64,000 nt of DNA from Candidatus Firestoneibacteriota bacterium. Its GTDB lineage: Bacteria; Oederibacteriota; D2-FULL-39-29; JBBTED01. This document shows, piece after piece, positions 47,176 through 60,269 of this stretch. Every line of letters begins with the position of its first letter. Position 1 is the stretch's first letter. Both the position numbers and the translations under genes were made by a program. The DNA lies in NCBI GenBank assembly GCA_038042445.1, contig JBBTED010000018.1, positions 33,419 to 97,418 of the forward strand, read 5' to 3'. The notes under the pieces are model-generated. The model was not told where the DNA came from, searched no databases, and saw only the letters and a program-made list of their open reading frames with translations.

Positions 47176-48354
47176 ATGACAGAAACAAAAATGCCTGTTG
47201 CGTTTCATATTATGCTTAAGCCAAGCGGTCCCGCTTGCAATTTAAATTGTGCTTACTGTTTTTATCTTGATAAACGATATTTATATCCAGATACTACTTT
47301 ATTTCGTATGTCCGATGAGGTCCTTGAAGAATTTACAAAACAATATATAACTTCTCAGGAAGTTCCTGAGATAAATTTTGCATGGCAAGGTGGTGAGCCT
47401 ACTTTAATGGGTTTAGATTTTTTTGAAAGAGCTGTGAGCCTGCAAAGAAAATATTTACCTCCAAGAACGCGTATATTTAATTCATTCCAGACAAATGGTA
47501 TATTAATTGATGAAAACTGGTGTAAATTTTTAAGGGACAACAATTTTCTGGTTGGTTTAAGTTTAGATGGTCCTGCTCAGTTGCATAATGCCAATCGTAT
47601 GGATAAAGGTGAAAAAACTACTTTTGATAAGGTACTCAATGCTTTAAAGCTTATGCAGGAACATAATGTTGAATTCAATGTTCTTTGTGTAGTGAATTCC
47701 GTTAATGCTAAGTGTCCAGTAGAGGTTTATAAATTTTTCAAACAGCAAGGAGTTAAGTTCATTCAATTCATACCTGCTGTGTATCAAAAATCTGATGGAA
47801 CTGTAACAGATTGGACTGTCCGACCATTACAGTATGGCAAATTTCTATGCGATATTTTTGATGAATGGGTAAAAAAAGATGTAGGCGAAATATTTGTGCA
47901 GATTTTTGATGTTGCATTAGGCTCATGGCTTGGAATGGAACCTAATCTTTGTGTTTTTGCTAAATCTTGTGGAAAAGCACTTGCTATGGAACATAATGGA
48001 GATTTGTATTCCTGTGACCATTTTGTATTTAAAGAGAATTTACTTGGAAATATTTTAAAAACATCTGTTAAAGAATTGGTTTATTCGGATTTTCAGAAAA
48101 AATTTGGAACAGACAAATATGATGCTTTGCCAGAATACTGTAAAAAATGTTCAGTGTGTTTTGTATGCAATGGAGCGTGTCCTAAAGATAGATTTCGTAA
48201 AACTCCTGATGGTGAAGCTGGATTAAATTATTTATGTGACGGATATAAACAGTTCTTTACACATATTGATAAGCCAATGCAAATAATGGCTGATGAATTA
48301 AAAGCCGGTCGCTTAGCCGCAAATGTAATGCATCTATATAATTATAGTGTTTGA
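47176..48354 (+). CDS. Anaerobic sulfatase-maturating enzyme-like radical SAM/SPASM protein
   Basis: KPSGPACNLNCAYCFY, WQGGEPTL, GDLYSCDH, CxxC-x5-C-x3-CPK SPASM cysteines. Confidence 0.9.
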   Translation: MTETKMPVAFHIMLKPSGPACNLNCAYCFYLDKRYLYPDTTLFRMSDEVLEEFTKQYITSQEVPEINFAWQGGEPTLMGLDFFERAVSLQRKYLPPRTRIFNSFQTNGILIDENWCKFLRDNNFLVGLSLDGPAQLHNANRMDKGEKTTFDKVLNALKLMQEHNVEFNVLCVVNSVNAKCPVEVYKFFKQQGVKFIQFIPAVYQKSDGTVTDWTVRPLQYGKFLCDIFDEWVKKDVGEIFVQIFDVALGSWLGMEPNLCVFAKSCGKALAMEHNGDLYSCDHFVFKENLLGNILKTSVKELVYSDFQKKFGTDKYDALPEYCKKCSVCFVCNGACPKDRFRKTPDGEAGLNYLCDGYKQFFTHIDKPMQIMADELKAGRLAANVMHLYNYSV

Positions 48355-48379
48355 CGCAATGTGATTTTATTTATATAAT
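48351..48379 (+). promoter_or_regulatory. Putative sigma-70 promoter of the toxin-antitoxin pair
   Basis: TTGACG-N17-TATAAT followed by a GAGGTG RBS. Confidence 0.6.
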
Positions 48380-48396
48380 TAAAATTGAGGTGATAA

Positions 48397-48621
<225 letters not shown>

Positions 48622-48627
48622 AAGAAT

Positions 48628-48987
48628 ATGCGTTTTCTAATAGACGAGAATCTTCCAAGAAGTATTGTTGAAAAACTTATTACTTGTGGTCATGATGCTA
48701 TTGATCTTAGAACAATAGGGAAATTAGGTATTTCTGATGAAGAAGTTATGTTTATTGCACAGAGAGAGAATAGAATCGTAATTACTGCTAATTATAAACA
48801 TTTTGCAAATCTTATTCTTTTTCCTCCACAAAAATTTCCTGGTATAGTGGTTGTAAAAATGCTTCAATGTACTATAACAACAGTGATAAATAAAACTATA
48901 AGTTTTTTATGTTCAGCTGCAGAAGATACTCTTTTAAACACAACTGTTATTATAGAACCTCATCGTGTTCGTAGAAGAACATTTTAG
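48628..48987 (+). CDS. DUF5615 PIN-like toxin (VapC45-like)
   Basis: MRFLIDENLP, GHDA, SDEEV...A..ENRIVIT; paired with DUF433. Confidence 0.85.
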   Translation: MRFLIDENLPRSIVEKLITCGHDAIDLRTIGKLGISDEEVMFIAQRENRIVITANYKHFANLILFPPQKFPGIVVVKMLQCTITTVINKTISFLCSAAEDTLLNTTVIIEPHRVRRRTF

Positions 48988-49152
48988 TAACAATGTTGAT
49001 AATTCCCTTTTGCATATATAATATTTTGCTCAAAATCTAATAAAAGTCCAATACTTTTTCTGCCATCTTTGAAATCTAGAAATTTGTTGTAAAATATTTG
49101 AGATTTGATACAATAGCTACCAGAGTAATATCATAAAATAAATACAAAAAAG

Positions 49153-51203
<2,051 letters not shown>

Positions 51204-51209
51204 ATCCTG

Positions 51210-51914
51210 ATGAAAGCAAGTTTAATGATTTTAGTATTGATTTTTTATTGTGCGTTTGGAAATACTGCTTTTGTTTATCCTATAAATGTCATAGTTTTAG
51301 ATGCCGGGCATGGCGGAGATGATATTGGCGTAATAGGAATAAATGGAACAAAAGAAAAAGATGTAACTTTAAAATTTGCATTGGCTATCAAAAAAAATTT
51401 TGAAAATATGCCAGAAACTAAATTAATATTAACACGTGATTCAGATATAAATTTAAATAGTCGTGATAGAATAGTTATGGCAAATATGAATAGCGGTAAT
51501 ATTTTTGTAAGTTTGCATGCAAATGCTTCATTTTCCAAGTTGTATTCAGGATGTGAAATATATCACAATGCTTTTGTTTTATCTGGAAATGAGACCGAAG
51601 GGAATACTGGAAGTAAAAATTTGCCGGGAGGTTTTGTTTTCTGGAAATCAGCTCAAAATAAATTTGTTGATGATAGTGCCGTATTTGCAAAAAAAATATT
51701 AGATGAACTTAATTCTGAATTTGCTGTGCAAGGAGAAACAGGCATAGTTAAAAATATCAGAGATATTCCACTTGCTGTATTACAGGGTTTAAAAATGACG
51801 GCTGTAGTTATTGAAATTGGTTATATTGACAATTCTGTTGATGAAGCTAAGCTTGCAGACGAAAATTTTATAAACAAATTTGCATCAGCGATTACACGAG
51901 CTGTATCACATTGA
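51210..51914 (+). CDS. N-acetylmuramoyl-L-alanine amidase (Amidase_3)
   Basis: LDAGHGG, EKD, SLHAN, IEIGY zinc/catalytic residues; signal peptide. Confidence 0.9.
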   Translation: MKASLMILVLIFYCAFGNTAFVYPINVIVLDAGHGGDDIGVIGINGTKEKDVTLKFALAIKKNFENMPETKLILTRDSDINLNSRDRIVMANMNSGNIFVSLHANASFSKLYSGCEIYHNAFVLSGNETEGNTGSKNLPGGFVFWKSAQNKFVDDSAVFAKKILDELNSEFAVQGETGIVKNIRDIPLAVLQGLKMTAVVIEIGYIDNSVDEAKLADENFINKFASAITRAVSH

Positions 51915-51939
51915 AATAAAATATGATTTTGTATAAAAG

Positions 51940-52023
51940 GTAGTCGCAGGCTTTAGCCTGCGGATTCTGTTAGGGATGAAAAAATACTAATAGATAAGAA
52001 CGCAGGCTAAAACCTGCGACTAC
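51940..52023. repeat. GTAG-type REP doublet (REPIN-like)
   Basis: GTAGTCGCAGGCTTTAGCCTGCG and inverted CGCAGGCTAAAACCTGCGACTAC. Confidence 0.82.
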
Positions 52024-52076
52024 CAAAACTAAAGAATTTTAACAATATTGAAGTGAAATCGGAGGCAACGGTAATT

Positions 52077-52652
52077 ATGAATAAAAAAAACATTATCAAA
52101 ATACTAATACTTATCGTATTACTTGGTTTTTTTGGATATATAATAAAAAGAATTATAGTACCTGATTCAACAGGTGTAATTCCACCTGTAATTACAGGAA
52201 AAGAAGAGCTTATTCCGGTAAATTTATATTTTGCTTCTTTAGATGAAAATTATTTGATTCCGGAAGAGAGGAATATTTATAAAACCGAAAGTATAAATGA
52301 TCGTGCAAAACAGGCAATAATTGAACTTATTAAGGGACCAGTAACTCCTAATTTGTCAGTGACTATTTCTAAAGGAACATATTTGAGAGAACTTTATATA
52401 GATGCCCAAAAAATTGCTTATGCTGATTTTTCAAAAGAATTGAAAGAAGGTCATCCAGGTGGAACATCTGCTGAAATCATTACAATTTACTCTATTGTGA
52501 ATACATTAGCAAAAAATTTTCCTTTGGATATATCTAAGGTTCAAATACTAATAGAAGGTAATCCTGTAGAGACTTTAGTTGGGCATTTAGATTTAAGTTC
52601 GCCATTGGGTTTAAATGATTCATTGATAAAGGAATCAAAAGAGGTAAAATAA
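52077..52652 (+). CDS. GerMN domain protein
   Basis: TM anchor, LYF....L.PE.R, ELIKGP, AE..TIYSIVNTL, VQILIEG, GHLDL; GGAGG RBS. Confidence 0.88.
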   Translation: MNKKNIIKILILIVLLGFFGYIIKRIIVPDSTGVIPPVITGKEELIPVNLYFASLDENYLIPEERNIYKTESINDRAKQAIIELIKGPVTPNLSVTISKGTYLRELYIDAQKIAYADFSKELKEGHPGGTSAEIITIYSIVNTLAKNFPLDISKVQILIEGNPVETLVGHLDLSSPLGLNDSLIKESKEVK

Positions 52653-52656
52653 TTTT

Positions 52657-53445
52657 ATGTGTATTGGTATATTTGATTCAGGGCTTGGCGGTTTGACTGT
52701 GGCAAAGGAGATATTTAAGAATTTGCCATACGAAAGAATTGTTTATTTGGGAGATACTGCTCATTTACCTTATGGTTCAAAATCTAAAGAAATTATTACA
52801 ATGTTATCTGTTAGAAACGTTGAATTTCTGCTTAAATCTAATGTAAAAGTCATAGTAATTGCCTGTAATACTGCATCGAGTTTAAGCTACAATTCACTTA
52901 AGAAAAAATTTGATTTGCCGATAATAAATGTTATATATCCCGGTGCAAAAGCAGCTGTTCTTGCTACAAAAAATAAAAAAATAGGAATTATCGGAACACT
53001 GGCTACAATTGGCAGTGGTTCTTATGAAAAAGCAATACGTAGTATTTCTTCGGATATTAAAGTTTATTCTAAAGCCTGTCCTTTGTTTGTACCGCTTGTG
53101 GAAGAAGGGAAATTACAAGATGAGATTACACGTTTTGTTGTGAGAGATTATCTTTTGCCATTTAAAAAATTTGGAATGGATGTTTTGATTTTGGGGTGTA
53201 CTCATTATCCATTGTTGAAATCTATGATACAAGAGGTAATGGGGAAGGATGTTAAATTGATAGATTCTGCAAGTGAAGTATCTTTGGAAGTAAAACGTGT
53301 ATTAACACAGAAAAATTTGCTTCAAAAGAACAAGAAGAATAAAACCCATAAATTTTTCGTTACAGATTTTCCACAGCAGTTTGAAAAACTCGGAAAAATA
53401 TTTCTGGGCAGTAAATCTTTTAATGTGAAAAAAGTTGAAATATAA
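52657..53445 (+). CDS. murI: Glutamate racemase
   Basis: FDSGLGG, PYG, IACNTA, LGCTHYP. Confidence 0.96.
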   Translation: MCIGIFDSGLGGLTVAKEIFKNLPYERIVYLGDTAHLPYGSKSKEIITMLSVRNVEFLLKSNVKVIVIACNTASSLSYNSLKKKFDLPIINVIYPGAKAAVLATKNKKIGIIGTLATIGSGSYEKAIRSISSDIKVYSKACPLFVPLVEEGKLQDEITRFVVRDYLLPFKKFGMDVLILGCTHYPLLKSMIQEVMGKDVKLIDSASEVSLEVKRVLTQKNLLQKNKKNKTHKFFVTDFPQQFEKLGKIFLGSKSFNVKKVEI

Positions 53446-54287
53446 TGCGTAAAATTTTTGCTAAAGATATAACGTCTGTAGTTGCTGCGTTGTGTATTAA
53501 ATCAAACTATGAGATGCGAAGTGATTTGCAAAAAGCATTAAAAAATGCTTTTAATTCTGAAAAAAATAAATTATCCAAGGAAATCCTATCAAAACTTCTT
53601 GAAAATGAACAGATTGCTTATAATGAAAAAATACCAATGTGTCAGGATACTGGAATGGTTATTGTTTTTTTGGAATTGGGACAAGATGTTCATATTTGTA
53701 ATGGTAATTTATATGATGCAATTAATGATGGAGTACGGAAGGGTTATAAAAATGGTTATTTGAGAAAATCAGTAGTATCAGATCCTATATTGCGAAAAAA
53801 TACAAATGATAATACTCCTGCAGTTATTTATACGGAAATTGTTCCCGGGAATAAACTTAAAATAACAGTAATGCCAAAGGGATTTGGAAGTGAAAATAAA
53901 AGTAGTGTTAAAATGTTAATTCCATCAGATGGTGTGGAAGGTATAGAAAAATTTGTTTTAGAAACTGTCCGAAATGCAGGTCCTGATTCATGTCCTCCTT
54001 ATGTAGTTGGTGTTGGAATAGGAGGAACAATGGAAAAGGCAGGTTTTTTATCCAAAAAAGCACTTTTAAGAAAACTTGGTGGATTTAATAAATTATCACA
54101 TATTGCAAAGTTGGAGAAAAAGCTTTTAAAAGAAATAAATAAACTTAAAATTGGTGTGCAGGGATTTGGAGGTAAAATCACTGCTTTAGCTGTTAATGTA
54201 GAAGTTTATCCTACACATATTGCAGGTTTGCCAGTTGCAGTTACACTTTCCTGCCATGCTTTTCGTCATGAGGAAATTATAATATGA
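53445..54287 (+). CDS. Fe-S fumarate hydratase/tartrate dehydratase alpha subunit
   Basis: PMCQDTG, LRKSVV, KGFGSEN, CPP, GVGIGG, CHA.RH. Confidence 0.92.
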   Translation: MRKIFAKDITSVVAALCIKSNYEMRSDLQKALKNAFNSEKNKLSKEILSKLLENEQIAYNEKIPMCQDTGMVIVFLELGQDVHICNGNLYDAINDGVRKGYKNGYLRKSVVSDPILRKNTNDNTPAVIYTEIVPGNKLKITVMPKGFGSENKSSVKMLIPSDGVEGIEKFVLETVRNAGPDSCPPYVVGVGIGGTMEKAGFLSKKALLRKLGGFNKLSHIAKLEKKLLKEINKLKIGVQGFGGKITALAVNVEVYPTHIAGLPVAVTLSCHAFRHEEIII

Positions 54288-54805
54288 AAATATCAACTCC
54301 ATTAACCGCAAAAAATATTTCATATTTGAATAAAGGGGATAAAGTTTTAATAACCGGATATATTTATGTAGGTCGTGATGCAGTTCATAAAAAATTTTCA
54401 GAAATAATTGCTGCTGGTAAAAATATTCCAGTTTCACTTGAAGGGCAAATAATTTATTATATGGGGCCTACTCCTGCGAAACCGGGCAAAATAATAGGTT
54501 CTGCAGGTCCAACTACAAGTAGTAGAATGGATAAACATACGCCAAGTTTATTAAAACTTGGGCTTAAAGGTATGATAGGTAAAGGCAATAGATCAGTTGA
54601 AGTTGTCAGGTCAATACAAAAACATAAAGCAATTTATTTTGTAACTATAAGTGGTGCAGGTGCTCTTTTATCAAAAAAAATTAAACTATGCGAAGTTATA
54701 GCATATCCAGAATTGGGGCCAGAGGCATTGATGAAAATATATGTGGAAGATTTTCCAGCTATCGTGGCTATTGATTCAAAAGGGGGAAATATATATGAGA
54801 ATTGA
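54284..54805 (+). CDS. Fe-S fumarate hydratase/tartrate dehydratase beta subunit
   Basis: [29 protein letters not shown]. Confidence 0.92.
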   Translation: MKISTPLTAKNISYLNKGDKVLITGYIYVGRDAVHKKFSEIIAAGKNIPVSLEGQIIYYMGPTPAKPGKIIGSAGPTTSSRMDKHTPSLLKLGLKGMIGKGNRSVEVVRSIQKHKAIYFVTISGAGALLSKKIKLCEVIAYPELGPEALMKIYVEDFPAIVAIDSKGGNIYEN

Positions 54806-55535
54806 TGGCAGAAAATCAGATGAGTTAAGGAACATAAAAATTACAAGAAATTTTAACAAATATGCTGAGGGTTCTGTTCTGATAGAGGCAGGTAATACTA
54901 AAGTTATATGTACAGCTACTGTTACTAAGGATGTTCCATCATTTTTGAAAGATACTGGACAGGGGTGGATTACTGCAGAGTATGGAATGTTGCCTCGTTC
55001 AACTCACACGAGGATTATTAGAGAATCAGCAAGAGGGAAGACAGATGGCAGAACTCAGGAAATTCAGAGGCTAATTGGTCGTTCATTGAGGTCAATAGTA
55101 GATTTAGAAAGTATTGGACAAAACACAATATTTGTAGATGCTGATGTTATTCAGGCAGATGGAGGAACCAGAACTTTGTCAATAACCGGTGCATTTATAT
55201 CGTTGGTTGATGCAATAAATTTTATGCGAGAAAAAGAGATGATTTTATCCTGTCCTATAAAGGATTATATTGCAGCTATAAGTGTAGGTGTAATTAAAAG
55301 GGAGAAATTTTTAGACTTATGCTATGAAGAAGATAAGAATGCAGAAGTAGATATGAATGTTATAATGACAGGATCTGGTGAATTTGTAGAAATTCAGGGG
55401 ACTGCGGAAAAAACTCCATTTGCAAAATCCGAATTAGATGAATTGCTTGCTTTAGCATCTGACGGAATAAAAAAAATAATAAATATACAAAAGCAATTAG
55501 TAGGGAATATAGTAGAAAAATTAAAAGCAACGTAG
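54795..55535 (+). CDS. rph: Ribonuclease PH
   Basis: R.DGR...[43 protein letters not shown]. Confidence 0.96.
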   Translation: MRIDGRKSDELRNIKITRNFNKYAEGSVLIEAGNTKVICTATVTKDVPSFLKDTGQGWITAEYGMLPRSTHTRIIRESARGKTDGRTQEIQRLIGRSLRSIVDLESIGQNTIFVDADVIQADGGTRTLSITGAFISLVDAINFMREKEMILSCPIKDYIAAISVGVIKREKFLDLCYEEDKNAEVDMNVIMTGSGEFVEIQGTAEKTPFAKSELDELLALASDGIKKIINIQKQLVGNIVEKLKAT

Positions 55536-55583
55536 GGGCGAGTTTACTCGCCCAATAAACGGGTGGAAAAGCCTCGCCCCTAC
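55532..55583. repeat. GTAG-type REP doublet supplying the rph stop codon
   Basis: GTAGGGGCGAGTTTACTCGCCC and inverted GGGTGGAAAAGCCTCGCCCCTAC; TAG 55533-55535 is the rph stop. Confidence 0.78.
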
Positions 55584-55604
55584 GCAAAAAATGGAAATTT
55601 TAAA

Positions 55605-56207
55605 ATGAATGAACTAATTCTTGCAACACGAAATAAAAACAAAGTAAAAGAAATTAAAAATCTTTTAAAAGGCATAAAAGTAAAAATTTTTACTGTCGAT
55701 GATTTTCCGTTTTTACCAGAAGTTGTTGAAAATGGCAAAACCTTAACAGAAAATGCAATTAAAAAAGCCAAAACTATTGCAAAAAAAATTCATAAAATAG
55801 CATTAGCAGATGATTCAGGATTAGAAGTATCTATGTTAGGTGGTGCTCCGGGAGTTTATTCTGCACGTTTTTCTGGTAAAGGATGTACTTATGCAGACAA
55901 TAATAATAAACTCCTGAAATTAATGAAAAATGTTCCGATAAATAAGCGAAATGCAAAATTTGTTTGTGTTGTGGCATTGGCATTTCCTGATGAAAAAATT
56001 ATTACTGTTGAAGGAATATGTAAAGGTAAAATAGCAGATAGTTCAAAGGGGAAGCAGGGATTCGGATATGACCCTGTTTTTATTCCAAAAGGATACAACA
56101 AAACTTATGCACAGCTTGGATTAAAAACAAAGAACAAAATAAGCCATCGCTCTCTTGCACTTGAAAAAATTAAAAAAATACTTTTGTCATTGAGTATTTA
56201 TAATTAA
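55605..56207 (+). CDS. rdgB: dITP/XTP pyrophosphatase (HAM1 family)
   Basis: ATRN..K, ADDSGL, PGVYSAR, GFGYDP, KNKISHR. Confidence 0.95.
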   Translation: MNELILATRNKNKVKEIKNLLKGIKVKIFTVDDFPFLPEVVENGKTLTENAIKKAKTIAKKIHKIALADDSGLEVSMLGGAPGVYSARFSGKGCTYADNNNKLLKLMKNVPINKRNAKFVCVVALAFPDEKIITVEGICKGKIADSSKGKQGFGYDPVFIPKGYNKTYAQLGLKTKNKISHRSLALEKIKKILLSLSIYN

Positions 56208-56208
56208 A

Positions 56209-57423
56209 ATGCATAAAATAATTATTTACTTGATTATGTTTTTATTCGCACCAATTGCTGTGTATTCACAGGATGATATAGTTCCAATGGTAAATTCTCC
56301 TGCCGGGACTATAGCTGCTACTACTGTAAGTATTAATGGTCAAACAGTTGTGTTTGATAAGAGTGGTGTTTGCGAAATAATAAATGGTGAAAAACGTGTA
56401 GTTGGTAGTATTGATTTTTATTTTCCACCTGATTGGCAGTTTGTTAATCAGAAATCTGCCAAAATATTATCATCTGACCCTAAATTATTAGATACCGGTG
56501 TATATGAATTCAGTGGAGAAATATTAGTACCGAATACATCAAATTCTATGGTATATACCCAGATAGTTCGACAGGAAGATAATAATATGAATTTCGAAAT
56601 TTCCATAGAAAATAAAGGTGCAGATGTAGAAATATGGAACACATATTATACATTTGAATTGCCAAATAAAAGTGTTGCAGGAAAAAAAATAATAATTAAT
56701 GGTGCTGAAGTGTTTTTGCCAGAAAAGATATCGGAAAATGTAAATATTGTGAATGAAATTGTTAGTGATAAACTTGTTTTGCCTTTATCTGTGCAGATAG
56801 ATACTCAAGAAGAACAAAGATGGAATATATATTATGATAAAACAAATAAGCCTGATAATTTTCTTGTACGGCTTGTTATGGGAGAAAAACAATTCCTAAA
56901 ATCTGGCGATAAAATGAATGCATCTTTTACATTGGTATTTATATCTGAATCTGAAAGTAAATCTGATTCACAAGGTAAAGAATTATTGAAAAATAGTGAT
57001 TTTGCACAGGGATTAGAAAGCTGGAGTTTAAGTCAAAGTGGATATGCAAATGCGCAAGCTCGAGTTACAAGTGAAGGTCCTGATGGAATATCTGCAGTGT
57101 GTATTGAAGTAAGTAAAACTGGAACTCAAGGATTACAAGTGAGATTTAGTCAATCGTCAATAAATGTGCAGAGCAAACAATTTCATATATTGAAATTTTG
57201 GGCAAAATCAGAAAGACCAGGTGCAATATATGTTTATATAAATCAATCAGGTAAAGGGTTTAGCTATGTGGGTTTTAATGAAATAGTAACTATGACTTCA
57301 CAATGGCGTCAATATCAATATAAAATTTTACTTACAGAAGACAATGTTACTATAACTTTTGGTTTGGGATTACAACTTGGGGCAACTTGGTTTGCAGGAA
57401 TTTCTCTGCAAGTTGTAGAATAA
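56209..57423 (+). CDS. Secreted protein with a C-terminal CBM4/9-like carbohydrate-binding domain
   Basis: Signal peptide; ELLKNSDFAQGLESW...LKFWAKS...TSQWRQY...WFAGISL. Confidence 0.65.
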   Translation: MHKIIIYLIMFLFAPIAVYSQDDIVPMVNSPAGTIAATTVSINGQTVVFDKSGVCEIINGEKRVVGSIDFYFPPDWQFVNQKSAKILSSDPKLLDTGVYEFSGEILVPNTSNSMVYTQIVRQEDNNMNFEISIENKGADVEIWNTYYTFELPNKSVAGKKIIINGAEVFLPEKISENVNIVNEIVSDKLVLPLSVQIDTQEEQRWNIYYDKTNKPDNFLVRLVMGEKQFLKSGDKMNASFTLVFISESESKSDSQGKELLKNSDFAQGLESWSLSQSGYANAQARVTSEGPDGISAVCIEVSKTGTQGLQVRFSQSSINVQSKQFHILKFWAKSERPGAIYVYINQSGKGFSYVGFNEIVTMTSQWRQYQYKILLTEDNVTITFGLGLQLGATWFAGISLQVVE

Positions 57424-57471
57424 CACTCCATTTACTACAGAAATTTCCCAAAATGATATTTCTGTAGTTCT

Positions 57472-57593
57472 GCCATACCCGAATGTAGTAATCGGGTATC
57501 CAGAGTCTTGTTTAGCAATATTTTAAAGACACTGGATTCCCATCATTTGTCAGGCAAGATGCCTGACCTATTGCTGAATGTATTCGGGATGAC
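57472..57593. repeat. GTCA-type (RPE/dRS3-like) palindromic element with a nested second palindrome
   Basis: GCCATACCCGA-ATGTAGTAA-TCGGGTATCCAG ... CTGGATTCCC [TGTCAGGCAAGATGCCTGAC] ... CGGGATGAC. Confidence 0.65.
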
Positions 57594-57738
57594 AAAAAGT
57601 CTATTTGGAAAATTTCTGCATTTACTAAATTGCCATTGCAAAAGAATTAAATTTGTGCTATAAAAATATACTATCTGGTTCTTTGTATTTTAAATCGTTT
57701 TTAGTAAAGGCATCATTCTATAAATATACATAAAAAAT

Positions 57739-59610
57739 ATGGCTGAACGTAAAGTTTCAAAAAACAAGAATTTTATTCCATGGATTATAATAATTTTTGC
57801 TGCAATTTTAATGTGGAATTATTTTGGACAGTTTTTGCAGAATGTTAAACGATACAGCTATTCAGAGTTTGTAAAATCAGTTAAAGAACATCAGGTTACA
57901 GAAGTTACATTGTCTGGTAATGACATTGTTGGAAAACTGAAAAATGGTGTTATGTTTTCTGCATATTCCGTTGATGACCCGGAACTTATTAAGCTTTTAC
58001 TTGGGAATAATATCAAAGTAGAGGCAAAACCTATAGATTCCAAATTAAGTGTAATATTATTAACTTTAGCTCCATGGTTATTTTTTTTAGTTATTATGTT
58101 CTTAATATGGAGGCAGATGCAGGGTGTTGGAACTACGGCGTTTAGTTTTGGAAAAAGCAAAGCAAAACTTTTTAGTGCTAATCAGTCCAAAATTACATTT
58201 AATGATGTTGCTGGTGTTGATGAAGCAAAACAAGAATTACAGGAAATCATTGAATTTTTAAAAGACCCCCAAAAATTTCAAAAACTTGGAGGGAAAATAC
58301 CTAAAGGAGTTTTATTGATTGGTTCTCCTGGAACAGGCAAGACATTGTTGGCAAGAGCAGTTGCGGGTGAAGCTGGAGTGCCATTTTTTTCAATAAGTGG
58401 ATCTGATTTTGTTGAAATGTTTGTTGGTGTTGGAGCTTCGAGAGTACGGGATTTATTTGATCAGGGTAAAAAGAGTGCGCCCTGTATAATTTTTATAGAT
58501 GAGCTTGATGCAGTTGGAAGACATCGTGGAGCTGGGTTAGGTGGGGGACATGATGAACGTGAGCAAACTTTAAACCAACTATTAGTTGAAATGGATGGTT
58601 TTGATGGAAATACTGCTGTTATATTGGTAGCTGCTACAAATAGACCAGATGTTTTAGATCCTGCATTATTAAGGCCTGGTAGATTTGACAGAACTGTAGT
58701 TGTTGATAATCCTGATATATTAGGTCGTGAAGGTATATTAAAAGTTCATGTGCGAAATATTCCTTTAGACCCAAATGTGAATTTGAAAATTTTAGCTCAG
58801 GGTACACCTGGTTTTTCTGGTGCAGATTTGGCAAATTTAGTAAATGAATCTGCGTTATTGGCAGCAAGACGAGACAAAAAATATGTTACAATGGAAGAGT
58901 TAGAAGAAGCAAAAGATAAAGTTATGATGGGGCCAGAACGCAGAAGCAGAATAATAAGTGATAAAGAAAAGAAAGTGACTGCTTATCATGAAGCAGGGCA
59001 TGCATTGCTTGCAAAGCTTTTGCCGGGTGCTGAACCATTGCATAAGGTGACAATAATTCCACGAGGTCGTGCATTAGGAATTACATTTAGATTGCCGACT
59101 GAAGATAGGTATAATCGAACTAAAACCGAATTTTTTAATGATATTACTATATTATTAGGTGGTCGCGTTGCAGAAGAGTTAATATTAAAAGATATTACAA
59201 CTGGTGCAAGAAATGATTTGGAAATAGCGACTGATATTGCGCATAAAATGGTTTGTGAATATGGGATGACTGAATTTTTGGGTCCACGTACATATGGCAA
59301 AAAAGATCAGGAAGTATTTTTGGGAAGAGATCTTCTAAAAGAGAAAAATTTTAGTGAAGAAACATCTAAATCAATTGATGCAGAAATACGTAAGATAATT
59401 GATGAATGTTACAATAAAGCTCATTCAATGATTTCTGCAAATAAAGAAAAATTAATTAATTTAGCTGAAATTCTATTGAAAAAAGAAGTTTTGGATGGCG
59501 AACAGGTAAATAAAATATTTAATGGTAGCAGTGAATTTCTTGATAATGCAAAGAATGAGGATTTCAATACTCCTGTAGTTGAACAAATAGAACCAGTTGC
59601 TAAAACTTAA
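57739..59610 (+). CDS. ftsH: ATP-dependent zinc metalloprotease FtsH
   Basis: Two TM helices, [29 protein letters not shown]. Confidence 0.98.
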   Translation: MAERKVSKNKNFIPWIIIIFAAILMWNYFGQFLQNVKRYSYSEFVKSVKEHQVTEVTLSGNDIVGKLKNGVMFSAYSVDDPELIKLLLGNNIKVEAKPIDSKLSVILLTLAPWLFFLVIMFLIWRQMQGVGTTAFSFGKSKAKLFSANQSKITFNDVAGVDEAKQELQEIIEFLKDPQKFQKLGGKIPKGVLLIGSPGTGKTLLARAVAGEAGVPFFSISGSDFVEMFVGVGASRVRDLFDQGKKSAPCIIFIDELDAVGRHRGAGLGGGHDEREQTLNQLLVEMDGFDGNTAVILVAATNRPDVLDPALLRPGRFDRTVVVDNPDILGREGILKVHVRNIPLDPNVNLKILAQGTPGFSGADLANLVNESALLAARRDKKYVTMEELEEAKDKVMMGPERRSRIISDKEKKVTAYHEAGHALLAKLLPGAEPLHKVTIIPRGRALGITFRLPTEDRYNRTKTEFFNDITILLGGRVAEELILKDITTGARNDLEIATDIAHKMVCEYGMTEFLGPRTYGKKDQEVFLGRDLLKEKNFSEETSKSIDAEIRKIIDECYNKAHSMISANKEKLINLAEILLKKEVLDGEQVNKIFNGSSEFLDNAKNEDFNTPVVEQIEPVAKT

Positions 59611-59614
59611 AATT

Positions 59615-60172
59615 ATGGATACAGCAAAGATAAAAAAAGCAGTATTAATGATTCTTGAAGCAATAGGTGAAGATCCAAAACGTGAAGGCTTGAAAGAGAC
59701 TCCTGAAAGAGTCGCACGAATGTATGAAGATTTCTTTAGCGGTTTACATAAAAATCCTAAAGATGACCTCAAAACAACTTATTCGCAGGAGCATGACGAA
59801 ATTATTTTATTAAAAGACATATCATTTTATTCAATATGTGAACATCACCTTTTGCCTTTTTTAGGTAAAGCGCATGTAGCTTACATTCCTGAGAAAAATA
59901 GGGTAGTTGGTCTTTCAAAATTAGCACGTGTTGTAGAAACTGTTTCTAAAAAACCTCAGATGCAGGAACGTTTGACTTCAGAAATTGCAAATACTATAAT
60001 GGAGTCTTTAAAGCCTAAAGGTGTAATTGTAGTAATTCATGCAGAACATTTGTGTATGACTATGCGTGGGATAAAAAAACCTGGTTCACATATGGTTACT
60101 TCTGCGGTAAAAGGAATATTTAGAAAAAACTCTACTACTAGAGCTGAAGCATTTGCATTAATAAACGGATAA
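59615..60172 (+). CDS. folE: GTP cyclohydrolase I
   Basis: [35 protein letters not shown]. Confidence 0.97.
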   Translation: MDTAKIKKAVLMILEAIGEDPKREGLKETPERVARMYEDFFSGLHKNPKDDLKTTYSQEHDEIILLKDISFYSICEHHLLPFLGKAHVAYIPEKNRVVGLSKLARVVETVSKKPQMQERLTSEIANTIMESLKPKGVIVVIHAEHLCMTMRGIKKPGSHMVTSAVKGIFRKNSTTRAEAFALING

Positions 60173-60186
60173 AAATGACGTGAAAC

Positions 60187-60243
60187 GTCATCCTGAACTT
60201 GTTTCAGGAACTCATAGAGATGCTGAAATAAATTCAGCATGAC
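60187..60243. repeat. GTCA-type palindromic repeat doublet
   Basis: GTCATCCTGAACTTGTTTCAGGA and inverted AGATGCTGAAATAAATTCAGCATGAC. Confidence 0.8.
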
Positions 60244-60269
60244 AATATTAAGGAGAAAGGGGAAAAGTT

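Noticed and set aside
56547..56559. Further copy of the operator core (TATGGTATATACC)
   Set aside because: It lies within a coding region with an incomplete right arm; plausibly chance in AT-rich DNA.
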